Of a stretch of DNA of 64,000 nucleotides, positions 30,757-40,144 are shown in pieces. The position numbers and the translations under genes were made by a program. The notes under the pieces are model-generated. The model was given only the letters and a program-made list of their open reading frames with translations. It searched no databases and had not been told where the DNA came from. The stretch lies in NCBI GenBank assembly GCA_964484505.1, contig CAZAFB010000005.1, positions 7,427 to 71,426 on the forward strand. The letters are read 5' to 3'. This DNA comes from an uncultured Bdellovibrionales bacterium (GTDB taxonomy: Bacteria > Patescibacteriota > Minisyncoccia > Moranbacterales > GWC2-37-73). Each line of letters starts with the position of its first letter. Position 1 is the stretch's first letter.

Positions 30757-31335
30757 TTATCCTGCAAAGATTTTCTGCAGCAGTTCTTCTTTGCCCTTGC
30801 CTGTTTTAGCTGAATAATAAACGATGTTTTCCGTATTAAGATTCTCCGCAATATTTCTTTGCTTTTTTATTAGTTCGCTGTTTTTCACTTTGTCCATTTT
30901 ATTGGCAACAACGATAGCGTCATATTCATTTTCTTGCAAAAGCTCCATCATTTCTAAATCGTGTTTTGTCGGTCCGACATTACCATCAATAATCAGCACA
31001 ACTTTTTCAGGCCTTTTTTCGTTGTGCTCCAAATACCACATGATCATCTTGCGCATTTTCTCCGCCTGTTTGAGAGAAATTTTGGAATAACCATACCCCG
31101 GGAGGTCGACAAAATAAACACCTTCATCAATCAAGAAGAAGTTTAGCTGCAGTGTGCGCCCAGGCGTGGATGAAGAAATCGCCAAATCTTTTTTGCCGGT
31201 AAGTGAATTAATGAGGCTGGATTTGCCCACGTTTGAACGCCCCACGAAAGCGATTTGGGGAAGATTGTCATCAGGTAGCCCTTCACTGCCGACGACGCCT
31301 TTCAAAAATTGTGCGCTGAAAATTTTCGTTTGCAT
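30757..31335 (-). CDS. engB: Ribosome biogenesis GTPase EngB/YsxC
   Basis: GRSNVGKSSLIN, SSTPGRT, DLPGYGY, NKMD. Confidence 0.95.
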   Translation of the reverse strand: MQTKIFSAQFLKGVVGSEGLPDDNLPQIAFVGRSNVGKSSLINSLTGKKDLAISSSTPGRTLQLNFFLIDEGVYFVDLPGYGYSKISLKQAEKMRKMIMWYLEHNEKRPEKVVLIIDGNVGPTKHDLEMMELLQENEYDAIVVANKMDKVKNSELIKKQRNIAENLNTENIVYYSAKTGKGKEELLQKIFAG

Positions 31336-31424
31336 ATAAAGAGATCATACTATTAATAAGCTTTAAAAGCAATAATAAAGGCCGGTTTTCATTGCCGGCC
31401 TCTAAGCTCACGAGAAATCTGGTT

Positions 31425-31556
31425 TCAGATCTTCCAAACAACTTGGCACGCCGGACATCTGTCCGGCAAAGGATCACTCAATTTTTCAAAACGCGCTCCG
31501 CAATTTTTGCAGACATGTTCTGCATCATTAATTTCTTTTTTTGATACTTTCCTCAT
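31425..31556 (-). CDS. Small zinc-ribbon protein (43 aa)
   Basis: AAAGGAGG SD, CKNCG...CPAC; hairpin 31379-31401 downstream. Confidence 0.6.
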   Translation of the reverse strand: MRKVSKKEINDAEHVCKNCGARFEKLSDPLPDRCPACQVVWKI

Positions 31557-31694
31557 TTTTCCCTCCTTTGGGTTGAAAGTGTTACCTGAAAATTTAATCA
31601 TACGCCAAACACTTTGGCAATGCTTCATGATTGACAAGTCGGACGATTCATGCATAATAAAACTCTGTTGGCCATTTTACAACTGGGAGGCTCT

Positions 31695-31997
31695 ATGCCA
31701 AATTCAGCAAAAATCATCAGTTTTTCCAAAATGAAAACAATGTTGCGTAGGCCCGTTTTTTCAATCTCTTCCAGTGACGAACGAAGTCGTTATCTATGGA
31801 CAATCAGAGATGATGGCAGACCTATGATGGTCGGTTATTCAAAACAAGGGATTGAATCAATCCGGGAAACAATGACCTTGGATGATGAATTGATGCAGGT
31901 TCACTTCGGGAAAAAAGATGTCTTCTCTGATAACGAACCTGTTGTTTTTATCGGATGGTTCAAAGATGAAACCTTGAGTCCGCTCTTGCAAACGTGA
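31695..31997 (+). CDS. Hypothetical protein (100 aa)
   Basis: GGGAGG SD before ATG 31695; TTGACA-16-CATAAT upstream at 31631. Confidence 0.55.
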   Translation: MPNSAKIISFSKMKTMLRRPVFSISSSDERSRYLWTIRDDGRPMMVGYSKQGIESIRETMTLDDELMQVHFGKKDVFSDNEPVVFIGWFKDETLSPLLQT

Positions 31998-32083
31998 GAG
32001 CGGTTTTTTTATATACAAAAACACCCCGATAAATCGGAGTGTTTTCAAGTCGACTAGAGACTAGTGCTTCGATAAACTCGGCA

Positions 32084-32377
32084 TTAGTAGCGTGAGCCAC
32101 CGTCGAAGTCGCGGCGAGGAGGACGAGCCTCCATTGGGCGAGCTTCGTTCACGGTAAGCGTACGACCATCGAATTCCTTCTTGTCAAACATTTCGATAGC
32201 TTTTTGAGCTTCTTCGTCTGAAGACATTTCTACGAATCCGAATCCTTTCGAACGACCAGTCATTTTGTCAGTAATAATTGCTACGGAAGCAACGGTTCCT
32301 GCTTGAGAAAAATATTCCTTCACAGAATCTTCGGTGCTTGAGTATGGCAATCCACCAACGTACAATTTTGTAGCCAT
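32084..32377 (-). CDS. RRM RNA-binding protein
   Basis: KLYVGGL (RNP2), KGFGFVEM (RNP1), LTVNEAR; start MATK at 32377. Confidence 0.95.
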   Translation of the reverse strand: MATKLYVGGLPYSSTEDSVKEYFSQAGTVASVAIITDKMTGRSKGFGFVEMSSDEEAQKAIEMFDKKEFDGRTLTVNEARPMEARPPRRDFDGGSRY

Positions 32378-32486
32378 TTTCGTCTTATATGAACCTGTTA
32401 ACGTTTGTAAGCCGACCTTCTTTTTGTTTGCACGCGTCACACAAGACGAAACGAAACAAAACCAAGAATCTTACAAAACTGCTTCA

Positions 32487-32514
32487 ATTATACACGTTTG
32501 GCGTATTTTGTCAA
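32487..32514 (-). promoter_or_regulatory. sigma70 promoter of the RRM gene
   Basis: TTGACA-16-TATAAT on the minus strand. Confidence 0.7.
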
Positions 32515-32617
32515 CTATTTAAGTTGTTTTCTACCCCCAAGTTCAGTTGGCAAGCCCACCAACTTTCCTTGCTTATAAAACAGCTCCACTAAAATTAAAA
32601 GTTTGGTGTGTTTCTTA

Positions 32618-33832
32618 TTACTTGAGATATTTTCTCCCTCGAAGTTCGGCGGGTAAATACTCCTGTTCACTGGAATCTTCAATTGGCGTGTATTTGTAAG
32701 CTTTTCCGTAGCCAAGTTGTTCCATAAGTTTCGTGGGGGCATTGCGAAGATGCATGGGCACGGGCAAGTTGCCATATTGCTCCACGTCTTTTCTTGCCGC
32801 GCCATAGGCGAAATATGCCGCCACATTTTTCTTGGCGCGGGCAAGATAAATCACCAATTGCGCCAGGTGCACATTACATTCGGGCATTCCCAATTTGTGA
32901 CAAGCTTCGAAAACATTATTAGCCAGCACTAAAGCGAAATTATCCGCTACACCTACATCTTCCGCCGCAAAGCGAAGCAAACGTCGTGCGACATAAATCG
33001 GGTCCTCCCCACCTTCCAGCATACGCGCCAGCCAATAAAGTGAAGCATCCGCATCGCCACCGCGCATCGATTTGTGCAGTGCAGAAATTATATTGTAGTG
33101 TTCTTCACCTGTTTTGTCGTAGTAGAGATGTGATTTTTGCAGCACCTGCCTGATCAATTCGTGCGTTATGTTTGTATCTTGATCAGTTGCCGCTTCCAGA
33201 GTGTTAAGCGCCATGCGCGCATCGCCATTTGCCAACATGGAAATTTCCTTGATAACTTTGTCTTCTATTTTTATTTTCCTGTCACCAAGTCCTTTTTCTT
33301 TGTCGCTCAGCGCATGCCTAAGAATTTTTTCAATATTTTCCGCTTCTAATTTTTTCAACACAAAGACTCGCGTCCTGGAAACCAAGGCGCTGTTCACTTC
33401 AAAGCTGGGGTTTTCCGTGGTTGCCCCGATCAAAGTAACCAAGCCGTGTTCCACATGCGGCAAAAAAGCGTCTTGCTGCGCCTTGTTCCAGCGATGGATC
33501 TCATCAATAAACAAAATGGTTTTCTTTTTCTGCCATTCGTTTTCTTGCGCCTCAGCGATAATCTTACGCAGTTCTTTGATGCCGCTGGTTACTGCGCTTA
33601 TTTGCAAAAACTCCGCTTTTGTTTCTTTGGCGATGATGTGAGCCAGCGTTGTTTTGCCGCTTCCTGGAGGCCCCCAAAGAATCATCGAAGGCACATTATC
33701 CTGTTCGATCGCTTTTCGCAAAAACGAAACTTCCCCGACCAAATCATCTTGCCCAAAAAAATCTTCCAGCCTCTCCGGCCGCATCCGATCGGCAAGGGGA
33801 ATATTAGCGTTTGTTTTATTATCCTTATCCAT
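32618..33832 (-). CDS. rarA: Replication-associated recombination protein A
   Basis: PLADRMRP, GPPGSGKTT, FIDEIHR, GATTENP, ISALHKSMRG, HLRNAPT. Confidence 0.95.
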   Translation of the reverse strand: MDKDNKTNANIPLADRMRPERLEDFFGQDDLVGEVSFLRKAIEQDNVPSMILWGPPGSGKTTLAHIIAKETKAEFLQISAVTSGIKELRKIIAEAQENEWQKKKTILFIDEIHRWNKAQQDAFLPHVEHGLVTLIGATTENPSFEVNSALVSRTRVFVLKKLEAENIEKILRHALSDKEKGLGDRKIKIEDKVIKEISMLANGDARMALNTLEAATDQDTNITHELIRQVLQKSHLYYDKTGEEHYNIISALHKSMRGGDADASLYWLARMLEGGEDPIYVARRLLRFAAEDVGVADNFALVLANNVFEACHKLGMPECNVHLAQLVIYLARAKKNVAAYFAYGAARKDVEQYGNLPVPMHLRNAPTKLMEQLGYGKAYKYTPIEDSSEQEYLPAELRGRKYLK

Positions 33833-33853
33833 ATTATTATTTAAAAACGATCT

Positions 33854-33941
33854 AGATGCCGAAACCAGTCTGCCGACGAGGCAGGTAAATTAAGCATGGC
33901 AAGGGAGTATTCGCACATTCGTATAAATTCGTATTTCGTAG
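33854..33941. repeat. Cluster of short repeats: RPE-like arm with nested ctgcc..ggcagg palindrome, plus a 33 bp ATTCGTA repeat
   Basis: agatgccgaaa[ccagtctgccgacgaggcagg]taaattaagcatggc; attcgcacattcgtataaattcgtatttcgtag at 33909-33941. Confidence 0.6.
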
Positions 33942-33988
33942 GCATGTTATAATACAACCATATTAACAATTACTACGCAAACAAAATC

Positions 33989-34228
33989 ATGAAGAAATTC
34001 ATAATCATAGTCATGGTTCTGATAGGCATCATTGCTGCCTGGAAATATTTCAAAAAACCAATCGAACAGAGCGCGCCAGCACAGGCCGTAAAAGAAAATG
34101 TTGATCCGGTCGTCAACTACGTACCCAACATGATCGACACCAAAAACCAAGCAGAGCAAAACATCAAGGACACGACAAATAAAGAAAACCAATACCGCAC
34201 CGACAGCTTGAATAATATCCAACAATAA
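33989..34228 (+). CDS. Small exported/membrane-anchored hypothetical protein
   Basis: MKK plus hydrophobic segment, then a polar tail. Confidence 0.65.
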   Translation: MKKFIIIVMVLIGIIAAWKYFKKPIEQSAPAQAVKENVDPVVNYVPNMIDTKNQAEQNIKDTTNKENQYRTDSLNNIQQ

Positions 34229-34351
34229 CGGAGCTCGACTCCGTTTTTGCGTACCCTTCCCTTTCTGCCAATCATGTGCTATGCTATGTTTTCAATCGAT
34301 AACATTGAAATATTCGCGTAAATTCGTTTTTAATTCGAGAAAATTAGCATC

Positions 34352-35314
34352 ATGCTCATAGATGACATCACAATCAAAATATCCGCAGGACACGGCGGCA
34401 CAGGCTGCGTAGCGTTCAACAAGAACCTCATGAGCTTGGGACCAGCTGGAGGTAGCGGTGGCGAAGGCGGCAGCGTCTATTTTGAAGCTATTTCAGATTT
34501 GGGAGCGCTTCGCCAATTTCGTTTCAAAAAAGAAATTTCTGCCCCCAATGGCCGCGATGGCAAAGGGCATTTTTGTGATGGCCCGGACGGTAAAGATTTG
34601 GTAATTAAATTGCCGGTTGGCACAGTGATTCATAATTTGGATACGCAAACAGACAGCGAACTTACGAAGGTTGGTCAAAAAATATTGGTCGCTAAAGGCG
34701 GCCGCGGTGGCCGTGGCAACTTTTTGTTTCGCTCAGCGACAAACACCACGCCAAAACAATTTGAGGAAGGCAAGCCAGGGGAAGAATTTAACCTAAGGTT
34801 GGAATTAAAAATGATCGCCGATGTCGGTTTCATCGGTCTTCCTAACGTTGGTAAATCAAGTTTGCTCAATGAGCTTACCAATGCCAATGCCAAAACAGCA
34901 AACTATCAGTTCACCACTTTGGAGCCTAACTTGGGCGTATATTATGGCCTTATTCTTGCCGATATTCCCGGACTTATTGAAGGAGCGTCTGAGGGCAAGG
35001 GATTGGGACACAAATTTTTGAAACACATTGAGCGCACGAAAATTTTGTTTCACTTTCTGGCAGCAGACAGTGATGATATTGCCAAAGATTATAAAGCTAT
35101 CCGCAAAGAGCTGAAACAATTTAATCCTGAATTATTGGAAAAGCCTGAATATATCGTCATTTCCAGAAGCGATACCGTCACGCCAGAAGAACTCAAGAAA
35201 AAACTTGCCAAGGCAAAAAAAATCAGCAAGAATGCAATTGCGATATCAATTCATGATTGGGATAGCGTGGAAAAAATAAAGGAAATATTGAATAACATCG
35301 AGAACAAAAAATAA
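34352..35314 (+). CDS. obgE: GTPase Obg (no C-terminal extension)
   Basis: Gly-rich Obg fold, ADVGFIGLPNVGKSS, FTTLEPNLG, DIPGLIEGASEGKGLG. Confidence 0.95.
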   Translation: MLIDDITIKISAGHGGTGCVAFNKNLMSLGPAGGSGGEGGSVYFEAISDLGALRQFRFKKEISAPNGRDGKGHFCDGPDGKDLVIKLPVGTVIHNLDTQTDSELTKVGQKILVAKGGRGGRGNFLFRSATNTTPKQFEEGKPGEEFNLRLELKMIADVGFIGLPNVGKSSLLNELTNANAKTANYQFTTLEPNLGVYYGLILADIPGLIEGASEGKGLGHKFLKHIERTKILFHFLAADSDDIAKDYKAIRKELKQFNPELLEKPEYIVISRSDTVTPEELKKKLAKAKKISKNAIAISIHDWDSVEKIKEILNNIENKK

Positions 35315-35359
35315 GGCCTATCGAAGTTCTTTGTCACCAACCAAAAAGAGGAGGGCACC

Positions 35360-35866
35360 ATGGAAAATGTCGGCTATTGCAGAAATTCGGCTCGCACCAA
35401 AAAGAGTGATTTCGACAGCATTATGAATAACATTGTCTCTGATCTTCAGCAATGTGAAGATTCAGTAAGCACCTGGATTGCCGCAATGCTTCCTCTTAAG
35501 CTATACTTTCTTTTTGTAAAAGAGCTTTCCAAAAGAAACGTTGCCACAAAAATACAAAAAGCGATTAGCTATGCAATCGAGGAAACATTGTTGCTGAACA
35601 TCCCCTGTTCACTCAAAAAAATCACCGGACCCAATGGACTCCTACTGCTCTTCCCAAACGGCAAGGAAAAAAATCTCCTGGATTACATCTGTAAGTTGCC
35701 CCAGAAAACATCCTCTAATCCTTTGTTTTTTGCAAGCAAAAACAGTGTCGACATTTACTTAGAAAGGATTGAGGAGCTTATGGATATGCTCGAGAAAGAA
35801 GCCGGGCACATTTCCTGGTTTGATCGCCTGGAAAACTTGGTTGCTCCCGAAAAAAAAGTTGCCTAG
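35360..35866 (+). CDS. Hypothetical protein (orphan)
   Basis: GAGGAGG SD, boxA-like GTTCTTTGTCA at 35326, terminator-like hairpin at ~35892-35920. Confidence 0.6.
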   Translation: MENVGYCRNSARTKKSDFDSIMNNIVSDLQQCEDSVSTWIAAMLPLKLYFLFVKELSKRNVATKIQKAISYAIEETLLLNIPCSLKKITGPNGLLLLFPNGKEKNLLDYICKLPQKTSSNPLFFASKNSVDIYLERIEELMDMLEKEAGHISWFDRLENLVAPEKKVA

Positions 35867-35919
35867 TAAACCTGGGCTGCGCAAAACAAAAAACGGTTAC
35901 GCATCAGCGCAGCCGTTTT

Positions 35920-36903
35920 TTATTTTCCCGAATTTATTATTCTCTCCACTTCTCCCGCACTTCCCGCTTCCATCAATTTCATCCGCAATTCCCTTGCGCC
36001 GTCAAAACCCCGCACATACATGGCAATGTGTTTTTTCATATCATGGAATTTCGCTTCGGGAAAATATTTTGAGTTCAAGTTGAGATATTCCACAAGTGCC
36101 GCAAGTCTCTCCTTAACAGTTATTTTTTCGATATCTTTTTCACCAAAAAACCAAGGGTTGCCAAAAAGCGCGCGGCCAACCATTGCGCCATCGAGTCCAT
36201 ATTTGCTGGCTTTTTCCATCGCTTCTTCTTTGCTTTTCACATCACCATTGCCAACAACTACTGTGCCTGCTTTTTTAGCAATCTTAGCAACTTCGTTGAT
36301 CGCTTCCCAATCAGCTGCTCCCGCAAAAGCTTGCTTGCGCGTACGACCATGGATGATCAATGCGTCCGGTTTTTCTTTTAATATTTCCGGAATCCAAGTT
36401 TCGATTTCATTTTGCGAATACCCGATGCGTGTTTTTACAGATACTGCAATTTTATTATCCGCACCTTCTTTAGCCGCCCTGATAAGTTCTCGCGCCAGCT
36501 CGGGATTCTTAATCAGCGCACATCCCGCCCCTTGCTTGATCACCGCGCGATCCGGACAGCCCATGTTTACTTCCATGCCGTCAAAACCAAGTTCCACCGC
36601 AAGCTTGGCACACTCGCGCATCTTCTCGGGATTAGCACCAAAAAACTGCGCCACAATCGGGCGCTGGTTTTCCTCAAACTTAAGGCGTCCGATCAGCGCC
36701 TCCCTGCCCTCGCTGCAAAGCCCGTCCGCCGAAACGAATTCCGTATAAATCAAATCCGGCTTGCCATATTTAACCAGCATCTGCCGAAAAGCCACATCCG
36801 TAATCTCCGCCATCGGCGCCTGCGCGATAAAAGGCCTGCCCGCAATGCTACGCATAGCGTTGCAGGCGGGTTTATTTAGTTTTTTCCAAAAATTATTGTT
36901 CAT
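35920..36903 (-). CDS. dus: tRNA-dihydrouridine synthase with a 12 aa palindrome-derived insertion
   Basis: APMAEITD, YTEFVS, NMGCP, GAGCAL, SVKTRIG, HGRT, GNGD, MVGR. Confidence 0.92.
   Translation of the reverse strand: MNNNFWKKLNKPACNAMRSIAGRPFIAQAPMAEITDVAFRQMLVKYGKPDLIYTEFVSADGLCSEGREALIGRLKFEENQRPIVAQFFGANPEKMRECAKLAVELGFDGMEVNMGCPDRAVIKQGAGCALIKNPELARELIRAAKEGADNKIAVSVKTRIGYSQNEIETWIPEILKEKPDALIIHGRTRKQAFAGAADWEAINEVAKIAKKAGTVVVGNGDVKSKEEAMEKASKYGLDGAMVGRALFGNPWFFGEKDIEKITVKERLAALVEYLNLNSKYFPEAKFHDMKKHIAMYVRGFDGARELRMKLMEAGSAGEVERIINSGK
36835..36870. repeat. 36 bp palindromic element inserted in frame in dus
   Basis: cctgcccgcaatgcta-cgca-tagcgttgcaggcggg; encodes PACNAMRSIAGR. Confidence 0.8.
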
Positions 36904-37030
36904 AATTTGATATCATACTCATAAATCACGCTTTAGGCAAGATAAGTCTTTCCCAAATGAAGAACAAAGAAAAAAAGCCCGCGGTTTCCCGCGAGCTTAT
37001 GTAAGAAAGTTGCCCGTTGTCTGTTGGAAG

Positions 37031-37402
37031 TTACTCCGTAGTTTTCCCATAATCCGCCTTCTTGAATTTCACCGAATATTGCGGCTCGTAGGAATTTTGA
37101 TATTCATCAGTAACAACAACCGTTTCTCCCTTCATCAATGTTGAAATCGCGATGTCATTCATCATTTCTTTTTCGGATTCCATCTCATTCTTCAGGTCTT
37201 CAAGTTTCTCATAGGCTTTCCCCATCTCCGCCTGGATACGCCCCTCTATCTGCTTTTTTTGCTCGCGCAGTTCTTTGATTTGTTCAGTTATCTCCTCATA
37301 TTTATCCGCTTGCACCAGAGCATCCTTATACATTTCCTTCAATTCTTTCTGTTCTTTTCTGATTTCACGAATCCGATTAAATGTCTCTTGTATATTTTTC
37401 AT
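37031..37402 (-). CDS. Conserved-looking coiled-coil hypothetical protein
   Basis: E/K-rich helical ORF ending YEPQYSVKFKK; terminator hairpin at ~36971-36998. Confidence 0.75.
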   Translation of the reverse strand: MKNIQETFNRIREIRKEQKELKEMYKDALVQADKYEEITEQIKELREQKKQIEGRIQAEMGKAYEKLEDLKNEMESEKEMMNDIAISTLMKGETVVVTDEYQNSYEPQYSVKFKKADYGKTTE

Positions 37403-37417
37403 GTTACTCTTTGTATC

Positions 37418-37529
37418 TAGGGCTTACGCGTTTGCCCGAAATAAGAAATGGGTATTTGCGCTTCCTTTAAGAAAAATATCAAAGCGCATAGGGGCCCATT
37501 TCGACTTGAGGGTAAATGCGTAAGTCCTA
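37418..37529. mobile_element. MITE-like palindromic element, copy 2 (best preserved)
   Basis: Terminal inverted repeats tagggcttacgcgtttgccc / gggtaaatgcgtaagtccta. Confidence 0.75.
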
Positions 37530-37619
37530 ACATTATTTTGTTACCAATATATAATATCATAAATCCGCAAACGAAAAAAGGCTACCTTGATACAGATAGC
37601 CTTCGAGCATTATTCACTT

Positions 37620-38228
37620 TTATTCATCGGCAAGCTGACTATAGTAATAATCCACGTCTTGTTCCCATTTTTTTACGCTTGCTGTCGGATGAGTACAATT
37701 ATATCCACACTTCCACACAACCATTTTTTTGGGAGTATCCAAATTTTCTTCATTAACCATTTTGTCTATACGGCTGGCAATTGCATCAACAGCTTCTTTG
37801 GGATTATCAAAACAAGTGTGTCCACCACTACCCATTTTTTCCGATTTCATGCGAAAGCCCCAATAATTATAACAGTCTTCTCCGGCAAGCACCGGCTTTC
37901 TTTTGCCCCAATTGCTTTCTTTTTTGGCAATGCCCACAATAAAAGCAGCGACTTCACGGTCATAGGAAGCAATATATGGAGTCATTTGTTCAATCGGATA
38001 TCCCTTAACCATTTCCTTAATTTCCTTTTCTAGAGCAGCATTCTTTTGGGGAGCTTCCTGCACGATTAGTGTCGGCATATTTATTTCACGCCTAGCATGC
38101 TGAGAAACAACCAAAAACGTCTCCAAAAAGACAATGGCGATGATAAGCCCCAAAATGCGGGCACGGGACGGACTGATATTTCCCAAATCAAGTCCCAAAT
38201 ATATATTTTTTTTGCTTTTTTTAGCCAT
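37620..38228 (-). CDS. Membrane-anchored lysozyme-like protein, paralog 3
   Basis: TM, MVKGYPIE, IAKKESNWGK, CYNYWGF, GGHTCF, VVWKCGYNC. Confidence 0.6.
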   Translation of the reverse strand: MAKKSKKNIYLGLDLGNISPSRARILGLIIAIVFLETFLVVSQHARREINMPTLIVQEAPQKNAALEKEIKEMVKGYPIEQMTPYIASYDREVAAFIVGIAKKESNWGKRKPVLAGEDCYNYWGFRMKSEKMGSGGHTCFDNPKEAVDAIASRIDKMVNEENLDTPKKMVVWKCGYNCTHPTASVKKWEQDVDYYYSQLADE

Positions 38229-38370
38229 TTTTTTGTTTTTTGCAGAAAAATAAGAAAAAACGGGAGTTCACCCGTTTTTCGCTTGTTTTCCACATTCCTA
38301 TACCCATTATACACCATTTTTTGGCAAAAAGCAAGCCCCCCCATAAAATATCCGCACTATTTTGAAGCCC

Positions 38371-38415
38371 TTGACATAAGTTTAGTTAATGCATAAACTA
38401 TTTATGGATTAACAA
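38371..38415 (+). promoter_or_regulatory. Promoter and probable MarR operator
   Basis: TTGACA-17-TAAACT overlapped by near-palindrome tagttaatgcataaacta (38383-38400). Confidence 0.6.
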
Positions 38416-38437
38416 TTAAATAATTTTATTTTTATAT

Positions 38438-38896
38438 ATGGAAACAATTTCAGAATCAATAATCCATGCTGCTATGCGCCTTGAAAATATAGCGAACAAG
38501 CACATCTTTAGCCACTTAGGAATGACTTCGGCAAGCATTAAAATCATGTTCGTATTAAAAAAGTGCCCCGCCTATAACACACCCACCAAAATATTGGAAG
38601 CGATCGGCGGCACCAGGTCAAACATCAGTCAGCGCCTGGATTTCTTGGAAAAAAAAGGCTTCATCACAAGAAAACACCAGGAGCTTGATTCGGACAAGCG
38701 TAAGGTAAACATCATGCTTACCTCTCAAGGAAAAGCTAAGCTTATGGAGGCTGAAAAATGGCTCGAAAAAGCCAATATGTATTTAGAAAAATATTTTACC
38801 CAAGAAGAATTAGCTTCTCACTTTGCTTTTTTTCAAAAACTTAACGAGGCTTTAGACGCCGAAGAAGAAAACAAGAGTTGTCGTATAATTTCTTAA
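38438..38896 (+). CDS. MarR family transcriptional regulator
   Basis: SNISQRLDFLEKKGFITR, DKRKVNIMLTSQG. Confidence 0.9.
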   Translation: METISESIIHAAMRLENIANKHIFSHLGMTSASIKIMFVLKKCPAYNTPTKILEAIGGTRSNISQRLDFLEKKGFITRKHQELDSDKRKVNIMLTSQGKAKLMEAEKWLEKANMYLEKYFTQEELASHFAFFQKLNEALDAEEENKSCRIIS

Positions 38897-38924
38897 ATAG
38901 CTTATTTAATCCCAGATAAACCTT

Positions 38925-40004
38925 ATGAAAAAAAATATCTTTTTCATCATCCTGCCAATTGCAATTTTTGCAGGCTTATTGATTTTTAGAAACACAGTAC
39001 AAAAAACAGAGGGCGAAGTTTCTCCTGAAGTTGACAAAATAATGCCAGCAAAAATACAATTTGCCTCCGAAAGTAAAAGTATTGTTATTAAAAATGAATA
39101 TCCTGCGACCATAGGTGCAGACCAAGAGGCTACCATAACTGCAAAAACTTCCGGCACAGTTACCGCCGTCAATTTTGATTTAGGCAAATATGTTGGAAGC
39201 GGCAGCTTGTTAGTGAGAATAGACGACACTAGCGCAAATCTTGCTACTGGAGATAACAATTTAAAAAGCGCGCAAGTTAAACAATTGGAGATAGCCGTGC
39301 AAGAAGCTGAGCGATCCTTAAAACTTGCCAAGAAGAATGAGTCTGAAGACAGCACTTCAGCTACCAGGGCAGCCGAAGATATCGCTAAGCTACAATTGGA
39401 AAACGCAAAGGTAGCATTAAGTAGCGCCCTTGACTCACATAATGTGATCGCCCCCATAAGCGGATCGGTAACATCAAAAAATGTTTCGGTTGGTGATTCT
39501 ATTTCCCAGGGACAAACCCTGGCAACCATAAGCAAAACCGGTCAAATAAAGCTTACTTTTTTTGTCGAACAAGATAAAATAAATTCCTTAACAATTGGCG
39601 ATAAAATCTTGGCGACGACCCCCGATAACATCTCTTTCGAAGCTGTTGTGAGTAATATAGCTCCGCAAGCCGACAGTGTTACAAAAAGATTTCAAGTTGA
39701 TGCTAAGTTTACAGAAAAAATAAATCTAAAGCCAGGAACTATTATTTCGGTAAAAATAACCCGGGAAGAGAATGTCAGCGAAAACAAAAACGTCATATTG
39801 CCACTTTCGGCGATTACAATAGCCCAAAATGAAAACTATCTTTTTGTGGTTGAGAACGATTTGGCCAAAAAAATTAACTTCGAGATTGTCCGCATTTTTG
39901 GGGAAAATGCCGAATTAAAAGCAGACATTGCCGATAACGCGCAAATAGTCATCGAAGGAAACAAGCTTCTGAAAGATGGTAGCAAAATAAAAATTCTGAA
40001 TTAG
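38925..40004 (+). CDS. RND efflux membrane fusion protein
   Basis: ITAKTSGTV, APISGSV..KNVSVGD, LKPG, LPLSAI, IVIEG. Confidence 0.88.
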   Translation: MKKNIFFIILPIAIFAGLLIFRNTVQKTEGEVSPEVDKIMPAKIQFASESKSIVIKNEYPATIGADQEATITAKTSGTVTAVNFDLGKYVGSGSLLVRIDDTSANLATGDNNLKSAQVKQLEIAVQEAERSLKLAKKNESEDSTSATRAAEDIAKLQLENAKVALSSALDSHNVIAPISGSVTSKNVSVGDSISQGQTLATISKTGQIKLTFFVEQDKINSLTIGDKILATTPDNISFEAVVSNIAPQADSVTKRFQVDAKFTEKINLKPGTIISVKITREENVSENKNVILPLSAITIAQNENYLFVVENDLAKKINFEIVRIFGENAELKADIADNAQIVIEGNKLLKDGSKIKILN

Positions 40005-40009
40005 GACTT

Positions 40010-40128
40010 TAGGATATTACGGACTTGCCTGAAACAAAGAGATGTCCTTCACACTTCACTGATAAATACTTAGGGATCAGAAAACATAGCAACCCATTGG
40101 AACTTGAGGGCAAATGCATAATGTCTAA
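40010..40128. mobile_element. MITE-like element, degenerate copy 3
   Basis: ttgcctgaaacaaagagatg...cccattggaacttgagggcaaatgcataa matches copies 1 and 2. Confidence 0.6.
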
Positions 40129-40144
40129 CTATTACCACTTAACT

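Noticed and set aside
36020-36748. Long antisense ORFs (also 38906-39535, 53627-54247, 54527-55288)
   Set aside because: Shadows of well-supported genes on the opposite strand
40025-40144. N-terminal extension of the RND permease
   Set aside because: It is read-through of the MITE-like copy; ATG 40145 is preferred
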